Origin: Terracidiphilus sp.
GTDB taxonomy: Bacteria; Acidobacteriota; Terriglobia; Terriglobales; Acidobacteriaceae
DNA length: 64,000 nt
Assembly: GCA_049676965.1 (NCBI GenBank)
Contig: JBAUBR010000097.1
Span: 606-64,605 of the forward strand
Direction of reading: 5' to 3'
Part shown: in pieces, positions 1-9,416 of the stretch
How positions within the stretch are numbered: the first letter of the stretch is position 1
Layout of the letters: each line of letters starts with the position of its first letter
Translations under genes and position numbers: made by a program
The notes under the pieces: generated by a model
The model's database searches: none
Seen by the model: the letters and a program-made list of their open reading frames with translations, nothing else
What the model was told of the DNA's origin: nothing

Positions 1-437
1 TTTGCTCTCCCTCGCCTTCTCGCCGGTTTCCTGCGCTCCTCGAGCGCCTTCGATGCGGGATGGAAGCACCGTCCGGGCTTGCCTGGAGAGCTTCCGGCGC
101 GCTGTCTGCGCAGGGAATGTTGCGCCATCCACCATGCCAAGAACGATCAGAGAGGATAAGAAAAATATTCCACGCGTCACGCGTATCGCGCTTTGCGGCA
201 TGGTCTCGATTTTCTTCCGTCCGATCGCCAATCGCCATAGCCACTTTTTGCATCCACAAATAGCCGGTAGACGCGGATTTGCGTCGGAATGGAAAACGGT
301 ATGGCTCGAACCGCGACATGGAGTGAAGCTGGATTGGACATCGATTGACGCATATCGAAACGCTGTTTGCACCGGCCTGGCACATTCCTGAACCGGAGAG
401 CGACAAAGCCGCTTGAACTAGTCCAGAAGAAAAGTAC

Positions 438-464
438 TAAAGTTATTTCCCGCCGCTCCGATGA
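438..464 (+). promoter_or_regulatory. candidate sigma-28 (FliA/SigD-type) promoter for the flagellin gene
   Basis: TAAAGTTA (438-445), an 11-nt spacer, then TCCGATGA (457-464). The textbook consensus is TAAAGTTT-N11-GCCGATAA. The site lies about 120 nt upstream of the flagellin ATG. Confidence 0.55.
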
Positions 465-584
465 AGGGGAAGGATGCGAACGGCGTCCAGCCGGAACCCT
501 TGAGAGCTCGCCGGAAACCGAGCTACTCCAATCGAGCGGGCCGGGCGGGACCTCAATCGCGCATTCGAGAAGGAGCGACCTCCA

Positions 585-1865
585 ATGGCCATCGGTGTCT
601 TGAACAACCTGTCAGCGATCTACGCGGAGAACTACCTGAACAATACGAACAACAGTCTGCAGACAGTCTTGCAGCAGTTGTCGTCAGGTTCACGCATCAA
701 CTCCGGCGCCGACGACGCCGCGGGCCTATCGCTCGTCAACGGCCTGGCGGCTAACTCCGCCGCCTTGACCCAGTCGGCCACTAACGCCACGGAGGGCGTA
801 GGCCTGCTTGACGTCGCCGACGGCGCCCTCTCGCAGGTGACCAACCTGCTCAACCGCGCCATTACACTGGCCACGGAAGCATCGAACGGCACACTCGACA
901 CCGCACAGGAGTCGGCGGCCAACCAGGAGTACCAGTCGATTCTGGCCGAGATCAACAACATCGGCTCGACGACAACCTACAACCAGAACCAGGTCTTTAC
1001 CGGCAACCAGGCCGGCGTCGCCATCTATACCGGCGATTCGTCGCAGACCGGTTCAACCATCGACAACCTGTTCTTCGCCAAGCTGACATCCGCAAGCGTA
1101 GGCGACTCCGGCGGCACCGTGCAGCAGAGCAACGCCGGCCTGTTTGTCGATCTTTCCAAAGACGCGGCCGGCCCGGTGCTTTCCGTTGCCGCGCAACAGA
1201 CCGATACTCTCGCCGGAACCGGCGTCAAGTTCACCATCACCAATCCCGACGGCACCACGAGCACGTTGGTCACCACCGCGACGACCGTCGCCGGCCTGAT
1301 CACCGAGATCAACAAGGACGGTATCCCTGGCGTTACCGCGACCTTTACCACAGCGGCCGCGGTAGGCGACGCCGCGGTGGCTAGCGGCGACACCGGTATT
1401 TTGCTTTCCAACACCAACGCCAACGTGGCCATCGCTGCGGCCAACGTCAACGTGTCCGATTCGACCACCGGTGCGGCCACCAGCAACGCCGCGTCAACTG
1501 CCGCCACAACCACCATCAGTTACGTAACGGCAGCCGGCGGCGACAAGACCTCCGATCTCTCCACTACCGATCTCAGCACGCAGGGCAACGCGCAAAACGC
1601 CGAGTCCGTGCTCAACAACGCCATCAGCTACGTGGCCGCGCAGGACGGCTATATCGGCGCGCAGATCAACACGCTGAACTCCGTGAGCCAGGTGGTCAGC
1701 ACGCAGCAGGAGAATGTGCTCTCCGCGCAAAACGCCATCCAGGCCACGGACTACGCCTCGGCCACGTCCAATCTTTCGAAATACGAGGTCCTCAGCCAGA
1801 CCGGCATCTCCGCGCTCGCCCAGGCCAACACCCTGCAGCAGGAAGTAACCAAGCTCTTGCAATAG
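585..1865 (+). CDS. fliC: flagellin
   Basis: 426 aa. It has a conserved flagellin N-terminus (LSSGSRINSGADDAAGLSL) and C-terminus (ATDYASATSNLSKYEVLSQTGISALAQAN) around a T/A/S-rich variable middle. AGGAG sits 9 nt before the ATG. Confidence 0.95.
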   Translation: MAIGVLNNLSAIYAENYLNNTNNSLQTVLQQLSSGSRINSGADDAAGLSLVNGLAANSAALTQSATNATEGVGLLDVADGALSQVTNLLNRAITLATEASNGTLDTAQESAANQEYQSILAEINNIGSTTTYNQNQVFTGNQAGVAIYTGDSSQTGSTIDNLFFAKLTSASVGDSGGTVQQSNAGLFVDLSKDAAGPVLSVAAQQTDTLAGTGVKFTITNPDGTTSTLVTTATTVAGLITEINKDGIPGVTATFTTAAAVGDAAVASGDTGILLSNTNANVAIAAANVNVSDSTTGAATSNAASTAATTTISYVTAAGGDKTSDLSTTDLSTQGNAQNAESVLNNAISYVAAQDGYIGAQINTLNSVSQVVSTQQENVLSAQNAIQATDYASATSNLSKYEVLSQTGISALAQANTLQQEVTKLLQ

Positions 1866-1911
1866 GGCAGGGACTAAGGGACTAAGGGATATAGGGATCA
1901 AGGGACCAAGG
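1865..1911 (+). repeat. G-tract array: five tandem AGGGAnnA octamers (six GGG runs) directly after the fliC stop codon
   Basis: Read directly: tAGGGCAGGGACTAAGGGACTAAGGGATATAGGGATCAAGGGACCAAGG. The octamers start at 1869, 1877, 1885, 1893 and 1901. Confidence 0.85.
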
Positions 1912-1973
1912 CCGCGAAGGCGACGAGTTTCAATTCACGCAGGACTGGACCACTTCAACAAAACCCAGGGACA

Positions 1974-2011
1974 GGGCGGCGGCCGGGAGCAATCCTTGCC
2001 GCCCATTTTTT
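1974..2011 (+). terminator. rho-independent terminator of fliC
   Basis: GGGCGGC (1974-1980), a 17-nt loop, GCCGCCC (1998-2004), followed by ATTTTTT. Confidence 0.7.
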
Positions 2012-2029
2012 CTGTTCGAAGCAAGGCGC

Positions 2030-2100
2030 CCCAGGTTCGTCGGGTGCCCCAGGTTCGGCGCAGCAGTATCGCGCCTAACCTGGGATATAACTATAGCTCC
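2030..2100 (+). repeat. REP-like array abutting the RAYT stop codon: one 18-nt unit plus a terminal hairpin
   Basis: CCCAGGTTCGTCGGGTGC, then CCCAGGTTCGGCGCAGCAGTATCGCGCCTAACCTGGG (an imperfect palindrome), then ATATAACTATAGCTCC. The sequence is near-identical to 2787-2838. Confidence 0.8.
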
Positions 2101-2610
2101 TTACAGCCTTTTAACCCCCTCCGCACATTCCCTAATCGCAGCCGTCCAGAACGACTCAATCCCCACTGTTCCCCGTTCTCCCGTAGCGTAATGTCGAAAG
2201 CTCGACCACTTCCAATCCTCCGGTTTCTCCACCAATCCACGCCTTACCGGGTTGCGATGAATATAGCGAAGCTTTTCCACGCGCTTCCTCTCCGAAAAGA
2301 CATTAAAGTCGTAATAGCGAGCTTGCCAGAACGGCCGCTGGGCAGATAGCTTGGACATCGACAACTTAAGCGCGTGAATCGCCTTGGCAAGTGGAACGCC
2401 AGCAGGTTCGCTCAGCAAAAGGTGGACGTGTTCCGGCATAATGACATAGCCGATCACATAAAACTTGTACCGAACTCGCGTTCGCTCCAAGACTTCTTCG
2501 AATAGCGTTCGAGCGGAAACTCTGGCGAGATACGGGTTCAGGCCATGACAGCTGAATGTAATGAAGTGAAAGTCGCCTGTAGCTTGGTAGCGCTTGAGGC
2601 CCTCGGTCAT
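2101..2610 (-). CDS. REP-associated tyrosine transposase (RAYT, IS200-like Y1/HUH transposase)
   Basis: 169 aa. It has the HUH motif in MPEHVHLLLSEP and the catalytic-Tyr region LRYIHRNPVRRGLV. REP-like hairpin arrays flank it. Confidence 0.85.
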   Translation of the reverse strand: MTEGLKRYQATGDFHFITFSCHGLNPYLARVSARTLFEEVLERTRVRYKFYVIGYVIMPEHVHLLLSEPAGVPLAKAIHALKLSMSKLSAQRPFWQARYYDFNVFSERKRVEKLRYIHRNPVRRGLVEKPEDWKWSSFRHYATGERGTVGIESFWTAAIRECAEGVKRL

Positions 2611-2732
2611 CAGGCGATCTTAAACTTGCTGAGCGAAGCTGTAAAAAGCTAAAAGGCTAAAAGCCTATAGATACATATCCCAGCTTAGGCGCGATGAAAC
2701 TGCGCCGAAGCTGGGGCACCCATATTACTTCT

Positions 2733-2838
2733 CCCAGGTTCGGCGAGTGCCCCAAGTTCGGCGGGTGCCCCAGGTTCGGCGGGTGCCCCAGGTTCGGCGC
2801 GGCAGTATCGCGCCTAACCTGGGATATAACGATAGCTC
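2733..2838 (+). repeat. REP-like array: three tandem 18-nt units plus the same terminal hairpin
   Basis: Units CCCAGGTTCGGCGAGTGC, CCCAAGTTCGGCGGGTGC and CCCAGGTTCGGCGGGTGC, then the hairpin CCCAGGTTCGGCGCGGCAGTATCGCGCCTAACCTGGG and ATATAACGATAGCTC. It has the same orientation as the 2030-2100 copy. Confidence 0.85.
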
Positions 2839-2842
2839 TTTA

Positions 2843-2979
2843 TGGTCTCTCATCACCCCTGCACATTCTCCCAGCGCCACCGTCGGGACCGACTCGATCT
2901 TTGCGATTCCGCGCTCTCCGGTAGCGCGGAGTCGACACCTTCTAACCCCCACCAACCCTAGCTTTACCTGCTTCCACAC
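2843..2979 (-). pseudogene. C-terminal remnant of a second RAYT copy
   Basis: The minus-frame translation KLGLVGVRRCRLRATGERGIAKIESVPTVALGECAGV parallels the intact RAYT tail RGLVEKPEDWKWSSFRHYATGERGTVGIESFWTAAIRECAEGV. It lies next to a REP array in the same relative position as the intact gene. No N-terminal part is present. Confidence 0.6.
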
Positions 2980-3158
2980 AACATTGCAGATTATTTCGCC
3001 AAAGCGCGTACCATGTTCTCAAGTGTCCTCCCCGGCGGCTCCGGTTCGCGGGAGGAAGCGAAAAATACCCCCCCTCCCCATCCGTACCCCGGTAGGGTAT
3101 TGAACGCCTCTAGAGCTCTGGTTTCGCCAGATATTCGCCATCATGCTATCATCCCAAA

Positions 3159-5150
3159 ATGGACTTTCAACTGGTGGCCGACTACAAGCCTCGCGGCGAT
3201 CAGCCCCGCGCCATTCGCGAACTGGTCGACGGACTCGGCGCCGGCGACAAGCACCAGGTGCTGCTGGGAGTGACCGGCTCCGGCAAGACCTTTACGATGG
3301 CCAAGATTATCGAGGAGTCCAACCGCCCCGCGCTCATCCTCGCGCACAATAAAACGCTCGCCGCGCAGCTCTACCACGAGTTCAAGCAGTTCTTTCCCGG
3401 CAATGCAGTCGAATACTTCGTGAGCTACTACGACTACTACCAGCCCGAGGCCTACATCCCCGCCGGCGACCTCTACATCGAGAAAGAAGCCACCATCAAC
3501 GAGGAGCTCGACAAGCTGCGCCTCTCGGCCACGCGGTCGCTCTTCGAGCGGCGCGACGCCATCATCGTCAGCTCCGTGAGCTGCATCTACGGCCTCGGTT
3601 CGCCGGAGGCCTACTACGGCATGTTGCTGCTGCTCGAAAAAGGCCAGCGCATCTCGCGCCAGGACATCACCCGCCGCCTCGTCGAAATCCTCTACGACCG
3701 CAGCGAGTCCGACTTCCGCCGCGGCACCTTCCGCGTGCGTGGCGACGTCATCGAAGTTTTTCCCACCTACGACGAGAGCGCCTACCGCATCGAGCTCTTC
3801 GGCGACGAGATCGAATCTCTAGCCCAGATCGATCCGCTCTTCGGCACCGTGAAGCAGAAGTATTCGCGCCTGCCCATCTATCCCAAGAGCCATTACGTGG
3901 TGCTGCCGGAGCGCAAATCGCAGGCCATCGACTCCATCGTTTCCGAGTTGAACGAATGGGTTCCGCAACTCGAAGCCGAAGGCCGCATGGTCGAGGCGCA
4001 GCGCGTCCACCAGCGCACGCGCTTCGATTTGGAAATGATCAAATCCATGGGCTACTGCCATGGCATCGAAAATTACTCGCGGCATTTTTCCGGCCGCCTG
4101 CCCGGCGAACCTCCGCCCACGCTCCTCGATTATTTCCCGCGCGACTTTCTGCTCTTCGTCGACGAGAGCCACGCCACCATTCCCCAAGTGCACGGCATGT
4201 GGTTCGGCGACCGCAGCCGCAAGCAGAACCTCGTCGACTACGGTTTCCGCCTGCCCTCGGCGATGGACAACCGCCCGCTCAAATTCGAGGAATTCGAGAA
4301 TCGCGTGGGCCAGGTGATCTACGTCTCCGCCACGCCCGGGCCCTACGAACTCACCCGTTCCGCCGGCGTAGTCGTCGAACAGGTCATTCGCCCCACGGGC
4401 CTCGTCGATCCGCAAGTCGAGATCCGCCCCGTCAAAGGCCAGATCGATGATCTTCTCGGCGAAATCCGCGATCGCGCCAAGCGCAACGAGCGCGTTCTGG
4501 TGACCACGCTGACCAAAAGAATGGCTGAGGACCTTGCCGGCTACTACACCGAAGTCGGCGTGCGCTGTCGCTACATGCATTCCGAAATTGAAACGCTGGA
4601 GCGCGTGCGCCTGCTCGCCGGCCTGCGCAAGGGCGAGTTCGACGTGCTCATCGGCATCAACCTGTTGCGCGAAGGCCTCGATCTGCCCGAGGTTTCGCTG
4701 GTCGCGATTCTCGACGCGGACAAGGAGGGCTTTCTGCGTTCGACGGGTTCGCTCATCCAGACCGTAGGCCGTGCCGCGCGCCACGTGGAAGGACGCGCCA
4801 TTCTCTACGCCGACCGCATGACGGACTCGATGCGCCGCGCCATCGACGAAACCGACCGGCGCCGCGCCATCCAGGAGGCGTTCAACGAGGAAAACGGCAT
4901 CACGCCGCAGTCGATCATCAGCCAGGTGGATATGGGTCTGGCGCAGATTCTCAAGGCCGAATACGGCGAGGTAGCCGAAGAAGAGATTGTAGGATTGCCG
5001 GAGTTCAAGACCCAGGCCGAGGTGGAAGCTTACATCGCCAAACTCGAAACCGAGATGCGCGAGGCCGCGCGCAAATTCGAATTCGAAAAGGCCGCCAGGC
5101 TGCGCGACTCCATCAAGGAGCTGCGCGAAAAGGAGTTCCTCGTCGGCTGA
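3159..5150 (+). CDS. uvrB: excinuclease ABC subunit B
   Basis: 663 aa. It has Walker [11 protein letters not shown], helicase motifs and a C-terminal UVR coiled coil ([18 protein letters not shown]). Confidence 0.97.
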   Translation: MDFQLVADYKPRGDQPRAIRELVDGLGAGDKHQVLLGVTGSGKTFTMAKIIEESNRPALILAHNKTLAAQLYHEFKQFFPGNAVEYFVSYYDYYQPEAYIPAGDLYIEKEATINEELDKLRLSATRSLFERRDAIIVSSVSCIYGLGSPEAYYGMLLLLEKGQRISRQDITRRLVEILYDRSESDFRRGTFRVRGDVIEVFPTYDESAYRIELFGDEIESLAQIDPLFGTVKQKYSRLPIYPKSHYVVLPERKSQAIDSIVSELNEWVPQLEAEGRMVEAQRVHQRTRFDLEMIKSMGYCHGIENYSRHFSGRLPGEPPPTLLDYFPRDFLLFVDESHATIPQVHGMWFGDRSRKQNLVDYGFRLPSAMDNRPLKFEEFENRVGQVIYVSATPGPYELTRSAGVVVEQVIRPTGLVDPQVEIRPVKGQIDDLLGEIRDRAKRNERVLVTTLTKRMAEDLAGYYTEVGVRCRYMHSEIETLERVRLLAGLRKGEFDVLIGINLLREGLDLPEVSLVAILDADKEGFLRSTGSLIQTVGRAARHVEGRAILYADRMTDSMRRAIDETDRRRAIQEAFNEENGITPQSIISQVDMGLAQILKAEYGEVAEEEIVGLPEFKTQAEVEAYIAKLETEMREAARKFEFEKAARLRDSIKELREKEFLVG

Positions 5151-5172
5151 TTTCCTGCCTCAGCGGGACAAT

Positions 5173-6465
5173 CTATTTCTTCTCCGGCTTGACCCAGAAG
5201 TATCCGCGGCGTGCCTGCAACTCGAGCCCTCCTCGATCGACCTTCACTTTGAGCGTGTGATATCGGCCATCGGGCTTGCCCTGGTCAAGTAAAAGTTCCA
5301 ACAGGTAGATCGCCTCCGGCGCAGCCGCGAGACGCCTGAAGCCCGCCGCAAGGTCGTTGTCGTTATGAAAAAACGTCCCGCCTGTGCCGTCTGCCAATTC
5401 GGCCATCGGATCCTCTGCCAGCCTCATCTCGTTGCGTCGGTATGTTGGGTTCTGTCCGCCAGCTCCCGGTCCGCGCTCACTCGCGGAAAGCTCCGACGTG
5501 TACAGCCCTCTTGCATCGAGGGCGCTGATGGTGATGTCGGACTGCGCAGCCAGGTCGAGAATCTGCGATTGAGCGGTCATGGCCTCGGCCTCGACATTCA
5601 AGAAGCCGGGTGATACGAGAATCATCGACTTTTGGCCGGGCAATGTAGCCAGCCTGCGCACCATCGCCGCGATGGTTCCATAAGTGGTCTGCACATCGAG
5701 CCGGCCAATCTCCATCACTCGCCGCGCCGCCGAGCTCACCTGCCGTTCAGTCATCTCCCGGTCGCCATTGCTGAGCTGGATGCTCCTGTTGCAGACGGCT
5801 ATCCTTGTCACCGCGTCGTTCAGGGCAGTGCTGTCGTGCTTGTTCTCAATCAGGTCGGCCTGGTAGTAGTCGATCGCGCCGCACTCGCCCGTCTCGATTC
5901 GATACAGCAGCTGCGGTTGAATGCCTGCGATCGCCGCATCGAGTTTTGTCCGGTCCCGCGTCAAACCGCTGTTCGTCTTGCCCGAGATCGAGACCACCAC
6001 GGCCAAATCCGAGCCGGCGAGCGCTTGGTCCAGTGCTGCATCAGCGGCGCTCTTCACACGCGCGAGGTCGTCGAAGTTCAGATGCAGATCGTCGAAAACG
6101 AAGACCGTGATTCGGCCGGGCACGCTGCGTGACGGCGCGGCAACTCCAGTGGATTTGTCCGCCGGTCCGGCGGCTACCGTCTCCGAATTGGCCTCAGCAT
6201 CACTCGTTTCACGAGTTTCGATCGTGAAGCTGGAGATCGTCCGCGGCTTGCCATTGTCGAAGACGGCAAAATCGGATTCCTTCAAATCACCGACGGAACG
6301 ACCCTGCCCATCCCGGACCACAACCGGTACGAGAATGCGTTCGACATTCAACTGCAGGTTGGGCGGCGTGCCTTGCTGTGGTTGCGTGGCCTGCGCGCTT
6401 GCGAATCGGGCGAAGGCAAAGATCGAAAGACAGAGCAGCTGAGTCGGATTCGCTCGCGCGCACAT
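5173..6465 (-). CDS. secreted VWFA-related domain protein (acidobacterial type)
   Basis: The N-terminal module ILVPVVVRDGQGRSVGDLKESDFAVFDNGKPRTISSF is followed by a VWA-like region (ITVFVFDDLHLNFDD). I placed the start at MCARAN... (signal peptide, GAGG 9 nt upstream) rather than at the ORF-track start 6549. Confidence 0.8.
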   Translation of the reverse strand: MCARANPTQLLCLSIFAFARFASAQATQPQQGTPPNLQLNVERILVPVVVRDGQGRSVGDLKESDFAVFDNGKPRTISSFTIETRETSDAEANSETVAAGPADKSTGVAAPSRSVPGRITVFVFDDLHLNFDDLARVKSAADAALDQALAGSDLAVVVSISGKTNSGLTRDRTKLDAAIAGIQPQLLYRIETGECGAIDYYQADLIENKHDSTALNDAVTRIAVCNRSIQLSNGDREMTERQVSSAARRVMEIGRLDVQTTYGTIAAMVRRLATLPGQKSMILVSPGFLNVEAEAMTAQSQILDLAAQSDITISALDARGLYTSELSASERGPGAGGQNPTYRRNEMRLAEDPMAELADGTGGTFFHNDNDLAAGFRRLAAAPEAIYLLELLLDQGKPDGRYHTLKVKVDRGGLELQARRGYFWVKPEKK

Positions 6466-6719
6466 ACTCAAACCTCGATTCCCGGCAAAGAAAGCGGTCA
6501 TGCCGCGCCATCGACATGATATGGCCAAACTTTCCCGTCCCGCCTGCACTGCGGCCGATCACGCTCCCTCGTCCGATTCGACCCTCTTCGACGGTCCTCG
6601 GTTACGGCGTGTCTGGATCAGTCAGGCAACCGAATCGCCCCGCAATCCATCGTAGGCAAGTAGGCCAGCAAAGTTGCGCCACCGGGCGAACGGAGGCGTC
6701 TGCGCTCGGCGAGGAGACA

Positions 6720-7097
6720 TTGGCGACCATTCTTCTGGTGGATGACGAACCCCTTCAGGCCTCATTCCGCAAGTCGGCCCTGGAGCAGTATTTTGACGAC
6801 GTGCAGCGGGTTCCCGATGCTGCCGAGGCGCTGTGCATGGTGGAGCAGCCGGGCTTTGCCCGCAACCTTGGTCTGGTAATCGCGGGCCATCACGCGGCAG
6901 GATTCGGCGGCCCGGCCTTCGTTCACGAGCTGCACGACCGGCTCCCAGCGGTGAATGTTGTCGTGATCGGCAACAACGGCGAATCGCCCACCGATTACGC
7001 AGGTAGCAAAGTATACTTCCTTCCCAATCAGTCTGAAGTCGACGAGTTGGCGGCAATCTCCGGATTTCTGCTCGAAAAGCGCGACCGCGCGGCCTGA
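6720..7097 (+). CDS. stand-alone receiver-like (CheY-fold) protein with an atypical phospho-acceptor site
   Basis: TILLVDDEP...LVIAGHHAAGFGG...VVVIG. A TTG start follows GAGGAG (6711-6716). The position normally occupied by the acceptor Asp reads AGH. Confidence 0.55.
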   Translation: MATILLVDDEPLQASFRKSALEQYFDDVQRVPDAAEALCMVEQPGFARNLGLVIAGHHAAGFGGPAFVHELHDRLPAVNVVVIGNNGESPTDYAGSKVYFLPNQSEVDELAAISGFLLEKRDRAA

Positions 7098-7311
7098 CAG
7101 GCAAGCCCAGCGCATGTCCCGCAAGCTCAGATCACGCCCATTGGTCTGAGCCGCGCGCCGATCGTCCTCTGCCCAGCTTGATCCCAGCGCCCAACCCACC
7201 CATGGTGTGAGGCAAATCACACCCCGAAGGCCTATGATGAGAAGAGAATAACCTCACGGGGAAGCAGATCGAAGCTCCCCATCCGCACGCGAGGATGATC
7301 CCGGAGCCTTC

Positions 7312-9390
7312 ATGGCAACCTTCGGTAGTCTTGCCCTCATTCTTGCCCTGGCGCTGGCCGCCTACAATTTGCTGGCCGGCACCGTGGCGCTCAGGCTGAT
7401 TGCCACAGGCCAGGCGGCGCGCATTTCGCCCGAGCGCCTGGCGGACACCGCTCGTCGGGCCGGAATTGCCGGGTTCTATGCGGTCACGGCGGCCGCATTC
7501 GCGCTGGTCTGGTCGGTCTTCACCAACGATTTCTCCATCGTCTATATTCTTGAGCACTCCAACCGCGCGCTGCCCGCTCCCTACAAATTTGCTGCACTGT
7601 GGAGCGGCCAGGAAGGATCGCTGCTCTTGTGGGCGTGGTTACTGGGAACGTACGGATTCGTTCTGCGCCTTACGCACAAGACCGATGTGAAGCTCTACGC
7701 CTACGCAGGCACCATCCTTGCCGGAGTCCAGGTCTTCTTCCTCTCCGTCCTCAACTTCGCTGCGCCGCCGTTTTCGCTGCTTCCAGGGTATGTAAGCGGC
7801 AGCGCCCTCCCCGCCGACGGAAACGGACTGAATCCCCTGCTGCAGTATCCAGAGATGGTCATCCATCCGCCCATGCTCTATCTCGGCTACGTCGGTTTCT
7901 CCGTTCCGTTCGCGTTTGCGCTGGGCGCGCTGATGATGCGCTATCCCGGCGAAAAATGGATCAGGGTCACTCGTGTGTGGACGATGGTGACCTGGCTTTT
8001 CCTGACCATCGGCATCTTTCTCGGCATGCACTGGGCCTACGCCGTGCTCGGCTGGGGCGGCTACTGGGGCTGGGACCCGGTCGAAAACGCGAGCTTCATG
8101 CCCTGGCTTACCGGCACCGCCTTTCTCCACTCCGTGATGATGCAGGAAAAAAAGGGCATGATGAAGAGCTGGAACGTGTGGCTCATCTTCTCCACCTTTC
8201 TGCTCACCATGCTGGGCACGCTGCTCACGCGCGCGGGCCTGGTCAGTTCCGTTCATGCTTTCGCCCAATCCTCCATCGGCGCATGGTTCGTCACCTTTAT
8301 GTGCATCGTCGCCGCGGTATGCGTCTTCACATACATTCTGCAGCGCAGCCATCTACAGAGCGAGCACCAGTTGGAGTCGCTGGTGAGCCGCGAGTCAAGC
8401 TTCCTGTTCAATAATCTGGTCCTGCTCACCGCGTGCTTCGTGATTCTATGGGGAACGCTCTTCCCAATTCTTTCCGAATACGTGCAGGGCACCAAAGTGA
8501 CGGTCGGCGCGCCCTGGTACAACACGGTCGCCGTGCCCGTCGGTCTCTTTCTCCTGTTTCTTACCGGCGTGGGACCGCTGCTGCCCTGGCGCGCCGCATC
8601 GTTGCGCAGCATTCGCCGCAATTTCGTGCTTCCGGTAATCGCACTGTGGGCGGTGGTCGTTGTCTGCCTCATCGTCGGCGTGCGCCCCTGGAAAGATGGC
8701 GCATTCGACGCGGGCCATTTCTACGCGCTGGTGGCTTTTGCCTTGGCGGCGAGTGTGCTTACCGCGATCGTCTCCGAGTTCCTGCGCGGCGCCGGCGTCA
8801 TCTCGCGGCAGACGGGGCGCAACTTGCTCTCGGCCACATGGCTGCTCACGCGCCGGAATACGCGGCGCTATGGCGGATACATCATCCACATCGGCATTGT
8901 CATCATCGTGGTGGGACTGGCCGGCCAGGCCTTCAACCGCAACCAGGAGCAGGAACTGGCGCTGCACGACAAAATGGCGATCGGCCCGTACACGCTGGTG
9001 TGCGTCGGCGCCACGCAGGACACAAACCCCAACTACAACTCTGACTACGCGCTGCTCGATGTCTATAAAAATGGCAAGAAGCTCTTCCAGATGAGCCCCG
9101 AGAAGCGCTTCTATCTGGCCAGCGGACAGCCTCAAACCATGGTGGCCATTCACTCCGTTCCAACTTGGGACTTATACGTGGTCTATGAGGGAACCAATCC
9201 CGATACCGGCCAGCCGATTATCAAGGCATTCCTAAATCCGCTGGTAAGTTGGATTTGGGCCGGGCTCGTGATTATCGTTTTCGGCACGCTGGTGGCGTTG
9301 GTTCCCAGTCTCACTCCGGCAGCCGCTTCGCCGCGGGTGCCGGCGCGTGTGCAAGACGCCGAACCGGTGCTGAAGGGCGGCCATTCTTGA
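7312..9390 (+). CDS. ccmF: cytochrome c-type biogenesis protein CcmF (heme lyase)
   Basis: 692 aa, polytopic. It carries the WWD-type motif WGGYWGWDPVENASFMPWL. Confidence 0.93.
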   Translation: MATFGSLALILALALAAYNLLAGTVALRLIATGQAARISPERLADTARRAGIAGFYAVTAAAFALVWSVFTNDFSIVYILEHSNRALPAPYKFAALWSGQEGSLLLWAWLLGTYGFVLRLTHKTDVKLYAYAGTILAGVQVFFLSVLNFAAPPFSLLPGYVSGSALPADGNGLNPLLQYPEMVIHPPMLYLGYVGFSVPFAFALGALMMRYPGEKWIRVTRVWTMVTWLFLTIGIFLGMHWAYAVLGWGGYWGWDPVENASFMPWLTGTAFLHSVMMQEKKGMMKSWNVWLIFSTFLLTMLGTLLTRAGLVSSVHAFAQSSIGAWFVTFMCIVAAVCVFTYILQRSHLQSEHQLESLVSRESSFLFNNLVLLTACFVILWGTLFPILSEYVQGTKVTVGAPWYNTVAVPVGLFLLFLTGVGPLLPWRAASLRSIRRNFVLPVIALWAVVVVCLIVGVRPWKDGAFDAGHFYALVAFALAASVLTAIVSEFLRGAGVISRQTGRNLLSATWLLTRRNTRRYGGYIIHIGIVIIVVGLAGQAFNRNQEQELALHDKMAIGPYTLVCVGATQDTNPNYNSDYALLDVYKNGKKLFQMSPEKRFYLASGQPQTMVAIHSVPTWDLYVVYEGTNPDTGQPIIKAFLNPLVSWIWAGLVIIVFGTLVALVPSLTPAAASPRVPARVQDAEPVLKGGHS

Positions 9391-9416
9391 GCATTGCGAA
9401 CCGATTCGGGTTCTGG

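Noticed and set aside
1-391. Coding potential at the window start: plus ORF 2-391, and a minus-strand partial ORF starting at ATG 135 and running off the window (MVDGATFPAQTARRKLSRQ...).
   Set aside because: Neither has recognisable motifs or a convincing ribosome-binding site, and the two overlap each other. There is not enough sequence to decide.
2694-3103. ORFs encoding PQVRRV or RRTWGT peptide repeats (2694-2924, 2747-3103, 1996-2349, 2725-2979).
   Set aside because: The repeats are translations of the tandem 18-nt REP-like units and hairpin. Only the distal part of 2725-2979 has meaning, as a RAYT remnant.
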